Assembly: GCA_043816965.1 (NCBI GenBank) | Contig: JBDRHK010000045.1 | Span: 1 to 11,192, forward strand | Source: Candidatus Iainarchaeum sp. | GTDB lineage: Archaea; Iainarchaeota; Iainarchaeia; Iainarchaeales; JAFCCJ01 | Direction: 5' to 3' | Length of the DNA stretch: 11,192 bases | Notes under the pieces: generated by a model | What the model was told of the DNA's origin: nothing | Databases searched by the model: none | The model's input: the letters and a program-made list of their open reading frames with translations, nothing else | In this document: one piece after another, positions 7,674 to 11,192 of the stretch | Numbering within the stretch: the first letter of the stretch is position 1 | Layout of the letters: the number at the start of each line of letters is the position of its first letter | Made by a program: the position numbers and the translations under genes

Positions 7674-8458
7674 CCGCCATAGATATTTTATCAGAACTGA
7701 ATAGCAACAAGGTTGTTGCCGAATTAAAGGCAGGCAAAAGGCTTGACGGAAGAAAGATTGATGAGTACAGGGAAATAAAAATTGAGAATGGGATAAGCGA
7801 AAATGCCGATGGTTCGGCAAGGGTAAAGCTCGGCGACACAGATGTGATTTTCGGCGTGAAAATGATTGTCGGTGAGCCATATCCTGATTCGCCAGATAAG
7901 GGCTCAATTTCAGTCGGAGTCGAACTCCTGCCCCTCGCATCCCCGCTCTTTGAGTCAGGCCCCCCAAGGGAGGCCGCAATAGAACTCTCAAGGGTTGTGG
8001 ACAGGGGCATTAGGGAAAGCAAAGCCCTGGATTTTAAGGATTTGTGCCTTGTAGAAGGGGAAAAAGTGTTGGTGGCGTTCATCGATGGCTACACAATAAA
8101 CCATGCAGGAAATCTTTTTGACGCATGCTCAATTGCCGCAATGTCTTCAATCCTTGAGGCAAGAATTCCCAAAATAGAGGATAACAAGATAGTTCATGGG
8201 GAGTATGGGAACAAGCTGAAAGTGAAGAGAAAGCCTGTTCTCAACACATTTGCAAAAATCGGTTCAACGATTGTTGCAGATCCCTCACTTGCCGAGGAAA
8301 AGGCAATGGACGCAAGGTTCTCAGTTTCCGTAACAGAGGACGACTATATGTGTGCCTTCCAGAAGGGAGGCTCTGGTTCCTTTACAGGGGCAGAGATTTC
8401 AGGCATGATTGAAACCGCATTCAAAAACTCAAAGAATATAAGAAAATTGTTCAAGTGA
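7670..8458 (+). CDS. rrp42: Exosome subunit Rrp42
   Basis: GKRLDGRKIDEYR, ADGSARVKLGDT, FESGPP, ELSRVVDRGIRES, GNLFDA, FQKGGSG. GTG start with ggaggtgg SD. Confidence 0.97.
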   Translation: MTAIDILSELNSNKVVAELKAGKRLDGRKIDEYREIKIENGISENADGSARVKLGDTDVIFGVKMIVGEPYPDSPDKGSISVGVELLPLASPLFESGPPREAAIELSRVVDRGIRESKALDFKDLCLVEGEKVLVAFIDGYTINHAGNLFDACSIAAMSSILEARIPKIEDNKIVHGEYGNKLKVKRKPVLNTFAKIGSTIVADPSLAEEKAMDARFSVSVTEDDYMCAFQKGGSGSFTGAEISGMIETAFKNSKNIRKLFK

Positions 8459-8463
8459 TGCAG

Positions 8464-8982
8464 ATGACAACAGAAAAGGTAAAAAGCACAGGCCGTTATG
8501 GCTCAAGATACGGAGTAGGAATTAGAAAGAGGCTGCTCAAGGTAGAGAGCAGGCAGCTTAAGCCTCAAATCTGCCCATTCTGCCATTTCAAGAAGGTAAA
8601 GAGAAAAAGCACAGGCATATTTGTCTGTAAAAAATGCGGGGCCAGATTTGCAGGAGGAGCCTATCTTTCGCAAACAACTACCGGCGCGATAATAAAAAAG
8701 ATGGTTGCCCAAAAGTCCTTTGCACCTATGGTGGCTGATCTCGTTGAGGCCGGAGTGGAAGCAAAAGAGAAGCGCTCAATAAAGGACGAGATAAAAGAGG
8801 AGGCCATTAAAGAGCTGGAAGAGGAGAAAAAAGCGAGGAATGAAAAGGCATTGGAAACGCCTGAAAAAGGGAAGGCCACCAAAAGTAAAGAAGTGAAGAA
8901 GGAAGACAAGAAGGAAATGGCAGAAAAGAAGGGCGCGAAGGAAAAGAATATAAAGAAAGGGCCCAAAAAGAAAAAGGAGTGA
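8464..8982 (+). CDS. rpl37ae: 50S ribosomal protein L37Ae (eL43) with a long Lys/Glu-rich C-terminal extension
   Basis: TGRYGSRYG, CPFC..KRKSTGIFVCKKC zinc ribbon, FAGGAY. Start could be 8455, 8458 or 8464; 8464 chosen from aagtga spacing. Confidence 0.93.
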   Translation: MTTEKVKSTGRYGSRYGVGIRKRLLKVESRQLKPQICPFCHFKKVKRKSTGIFVCKKCGARFAGGAYLSQTTTGAIIKKMVAQKSFAPMVADLVEAGVEAKEKRSIKDEIKEEAIKELEEEKKARNEKALETPEKGKATKSKEVKKEDKKEMAEKKGAKEKNIKKGPKKKKE

Positions 8983-8986
8983 TGGT

Positions 8987-9124
8987 ATGTCATATAGGTG
9001 CGCGAAGTGTGGAGCGGTTTTTGACGATACCCCTAAGGGGGGCCTCATAAGATGCCCTGCATGTGCCTCAAAGGTTCTTTTTAAGGCCAGAGACACGGTA
9101 ACAAGGGAAGTCAAGGCAAGGTAA
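8987..9124 (+). CDS. rpoP: DNA-directed RNA polymerase subunit P (Rpo12), 45 aa; absent from the ORF track
   Basis: Manual translation MSYRCAKCGAVFDDTPKGGLIRCPACASKVLFKARDTVTREVKAR*; two CxxC pairs, ggagtga SD, canonical position after rpl37ae. Confidence 0.95.
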   Translation: MSYRCAKCGAVFDDTPKGGLIRCPACASKVLFKARDTVTREVKAR

Positions 9125-9129
9125 TCTCT

Positions 9130-9396
9130 TTGCATAATGATTATTCACTCGAGATTGCGCTGGATTTCCCCTCTCAGCAGTCTGCGGAAATCACCGCAAA
9201 TGCTATAAGGCCTGAGATGAGGCGGGGGTTTGAAAAACGCTCAGAAAGTTTGATGAATATTAATAAAAACATTCTCAGCCTAAAAGTGAATGCAAAAGAC
9301 AAAATAGCGCTTAAGGCATCATTTAATGCCTTTATGAAATTGGTTATTTTGGTTGATGAATTGATTGAATCAGGAGGAATTGGCAATGGCAGATGA
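9130..9396 (+). CDS. pcc1: KEOPS complex subunit Pcc1
   Basis: LEIALDF..AEITANAIRPE..RS..LSLKVNAKDKIALKASFNAFMKL fits the Pcc1 pattern; located between rpoP and pfdB; TTG start. Confidence 0.85.
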   Translation: MHNDYSLEIALDFPSQQSAEITANAIRPEMRRGFEKRSESLMNINKNILSLKVNAKDKIALKASFNAFMKLVILVDELIESGGIGNGR

Positions 9397-9754
9397 ATTG
9401 CAGACTACAATAAGTGAGTTTGAGAGGACAAGGGGGCAGATGATGGTTGTAGCAAACCAGAAACAGCAGATTCAGTTCCATGCAAATTCGCTGAAGGCAG
9501 CACTTGATGAGCTGGCAAAGACAAAAGAGAAAAAGGTTTACAAGGCTGTGGGGAATATCCTCATCCTTTCAGACACTGCAGAGGTGAAGAAAGAGATTGA
9601 GGGGCAGAAGGAGACCTCGGACCTAAAGGTAAAAACCCTGCAGAAGCAGGAGGACGCCTTTGTGGACAAACTCAACAGGCTGAAGAACACCATTGAGTCC
9701 GCACAGAAATCAACAAAAGATGGCTCAAAGAAAGACGCCAAAAGTGATTTTTGA
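9386..9754 (+). CDS. pfdB: Prefoldin subunit beta
   Basis: Coiled coils flanking ALDEL...KVYKAVGNILI; GGAGG at 9373-9377 supports ATG 9386 over TTG 9365. Confidence 0.93.
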   Translation: MADELQTTISEFERTRGQMMVVANQKQQIQFHANSLKAALDELAKTKEKKVYKAVGNILILSDTAEVKKEIEGQKETSDLKVKTLQKQEDAFVDKLNRLKNTIESAQKSTKDGSKKDAKSDF

Positions 9755-10768
9755 GTGAATCCAGAATCTTTTCTTTCATCCATTCTTGGAAAGAAAGTGC
9801 TTATTCTAATCCATATAGGTGCGGATGTTGATGCAGTGGGGAGTGCAGGGGCACTTTACTATGCATTCAGGAAAAATTCCAGCCTAACAATCGGAATCCC
9901 TGAGCATGTGAACCTTAACGCAAAGCAAATGGCCGAAAGGCTTGAAATTCCATATGAAATAAATCCTGCGGTTGACAAATTCGATGCCCTAATTCTCCTT
10001 GACCTTAACTCTTTTGAAATGCTGGGCTCCATGCGCAAGGGAGTTAAGAAATTCAAAAAACCAATTCTTTTGATTGACCACCATGCAGATTCAGGGGAAA
10101 AATTTACGGTAAAGGAACTGAGCCTTATTGATGAGAATGCTGTTTCCACAACAGAATTACTTTACAAACTGTTCAAAAAGATGAAAATCGGCATCACACC
10201 TAAAATTGCCTCATGCATTGCCGCAGGGGTGATAACAGATTCTGCCGGCTTTTTGGTTGCCGACCATTCCACATTCATGATAATGGCTGAGGTCCTTGAA
10301 CTTTCGGGCAAAAGTTATTCAGATATTGTTTCTCTTTTCAGGATTGAAGCAGACATCTCTGAGAAAATTGCGCAATTGAAGGCGGCAAAAAGGTGCAGGA
10401 TTTTCAAATGCTTTAAACATTTGATAGTTTCAACAGATGTCGGCGCTTTTGAGGCATCTGCGGCAACATCGCTTGTGAGATTGGGGGCAGACATCGCCTT
10501 TGCCGGGGATTCTAATGACGGAAAAATACTTATCAGCGGAAGGGCAAACAACCAGTTTCTTAAGGAAACAGGCTTTGACCTTGCAAAAGAGGTTTTCATG
10601 CCCCTTGGAACAGAAATGGGCGGTTCAGGCGGAGGCCATGCAGGGGCGGCAGGCTATAATGGGGCGGGAGATGATGTTTCCCCGTTTTTGGATAAATGTG
10701 TGGAATTAGCCAAGAGATTCCTTGAGAAAAAGCATGGTAAAAGTTCGGGGATAAAGGAATACAATTAA
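9755..10768 (+). CDS. DHH/DHHA1 family phosphoesterase (NrnA-like nanoRNase/pAp phosphatase candidate)
   Basis: HIGADVDAVGS, LLD, IDHH, GVITDS, SGRA and GGGHAGAAG motifs; DHH genes often follow pfdB in archaea. Substrate is inferred. Confidence 0.92.
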   Translation: MNPESFLSSILGKKVLILIHIGADVDAVGSAGALYYAFRKNSSLTIGIPEHVNLNAKQMAERLEIPYEINPAVDKFDALILLDLNSFEMLGSMRKGVKKFKKPILLIDHHADSGEKFTVKELSLIDENAVSTTELLYKLFKKMKIGITPKIASCIAAGVITDSAGFLVADHSTFMIMAEVLELSGKSYSDIVSLFRIEADISEKIAQLKAAKRCRIFKCFKHLIVSTDVGAFEASAATSLVRLGADIAFAGDSNDGKILISGRANNQFLKETGFDLAKEVFMPLGTEMGGSGGGHAGAAGYNGAGDDVSPFLDKCVELAKRFLEKKHGKSSGIKEYN

Positions 10769-11122
10769 TTACTTGCTTTTTTTAGTTTTCTTCTTAACAG
10801 TTTTCTTTTTCGCAACGCCCTTTGCGGATTTCTTTGTTTTTTTCGCCTTCTTTTTCACTGCCTTCTTTTTCACTGCAGTCTTTTTCACTTTTGCCCTTTT
10901 CTTGGCAATTTTCTTCTTAACAGTTTTTTTCACTTTCTTAACTGCCTTCCTTTTCACCGCTTTTTTTGGCTCTTCCGGCTCTTCAGTTGGCCTGAAGATT
11001 TTTGCATACTTTCGATATTTGCTCTTAGCCCAGTGCTGGGGCTGCTTTGAACGCAGTTTCAGCTCTTCCTCTAAAAGCTTCTTCCTGAACTCCTCGCTTG
11101 GAGGAGGCATAAAATCAAACAT
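10769..11122 (-). CDS. Small basic protein with a histone H1/Hc2-like Lys/Ala/Val-rich C-terminal tail
   Basis: ATG at 11122 with AGGAGG SD (11134-11129) and an upstream TATA box; the last ~65 aa are KKAVK/KKTVK-type repeats; stop codon abuts the DHH stop. Confidence 0.78.
   Translation of the reverse strand: MFDFMPPPSEEFRKKLLEEELKLRSKQPQHWAKSKYRKYAKIFRPTEEPEEPKKAVKRKAVKKVKKTVKKKIAKKRAKVKKTAVKKKAVKKKAKKTKKSAKGVAKKKTVKKKTKKSK
10786..10927. repeat. Degenerate repeats in the Lys-rich tail, including an exact 19-nt direct repeat
   Basis: ttttcttcttaacagtttt at 10786-10804 and 10909-10927 (KTVKKK), plus cttcttttt(c)actgc-type units. Confidence 0.75.
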
Positions 11123-11163
11123 GGGAATCCTCCTAATACTAGTAAATACTATGGATTCCGGAG

Positions 11164-11179
11164 TATTTAAACATTCTGT
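11164..11179 (-). promoter_or_regulatory. Putative BRE/TATA promoter for the Lys-rich gene
   Basis: Minus strand reads acagaatg-TTTAAATA (TATA at 11171-11164), about 42 nt upstream of the ATG. Confidence 0.6.
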
Positions 11180-11192
11180 TATGTAGAAGATA

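Noticed and set aside
7153..8082. Minus-strand ORFs up to 211 aa over rrp41/rrp42
   Set aside because: Fully antisense to conserved genes, with no recognisable motifs.
8661..9135. Minus-strand Phe/Ser/Leu-rich ORFs (8661-8993, 8776-9135)
   Set aside because: Shadows of the L37Ae tail and rpoP.
10773..11186. 137-aa Phe-rich + strand ORF that looks like a membrane protein
   Set aside because: Antisense shadow of Lys codons (AAA/AAG read as TTT/CTT); the minus-strand gene has the SD and TATA.

Overview
Archaeal window; a DPANN-type lineage such as Iainarchaeota/Diapherotrites or Micrarchaeota is my inference from the divergent L15e/L37Ae/Rpp30 sequences and is unverified. Bases 2499-10768 hold the conserved archaeal exosome/proteasome/RNase P superoperon: rpl15e, rnp3 (Rpp30), an extra HD-domain gene, rnp2 (Pop5), psmA, SBDS/Sdo1, rrp4, rrp41, rrp42, rpl37ae, rpoP (missed by the ORF track), pcc1, pfdB and a DHH/DHHA1 phosphoesterase. 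Upstream lies the 3' part of a large, probably extracellular modular protein (<1..2430) with two divergent ~300-aa modules separated by Cys/Asp-rich repeats. Downstream is a convergent small gene with a histone-H1/Hc2-like Lys-rich tail and its own promoter and SD. Most of the window is known housekeeping. The best leads are the HD hydrolase coupled between the two RNase P protein genes, the conserved-frame/variable-core surface protein, the H1-like gene with an inverted repeat over its TATA box, and long charged tails on Rrp4 and L37Ae. No mobile element, CRISPR array or RNA gene was recognised.
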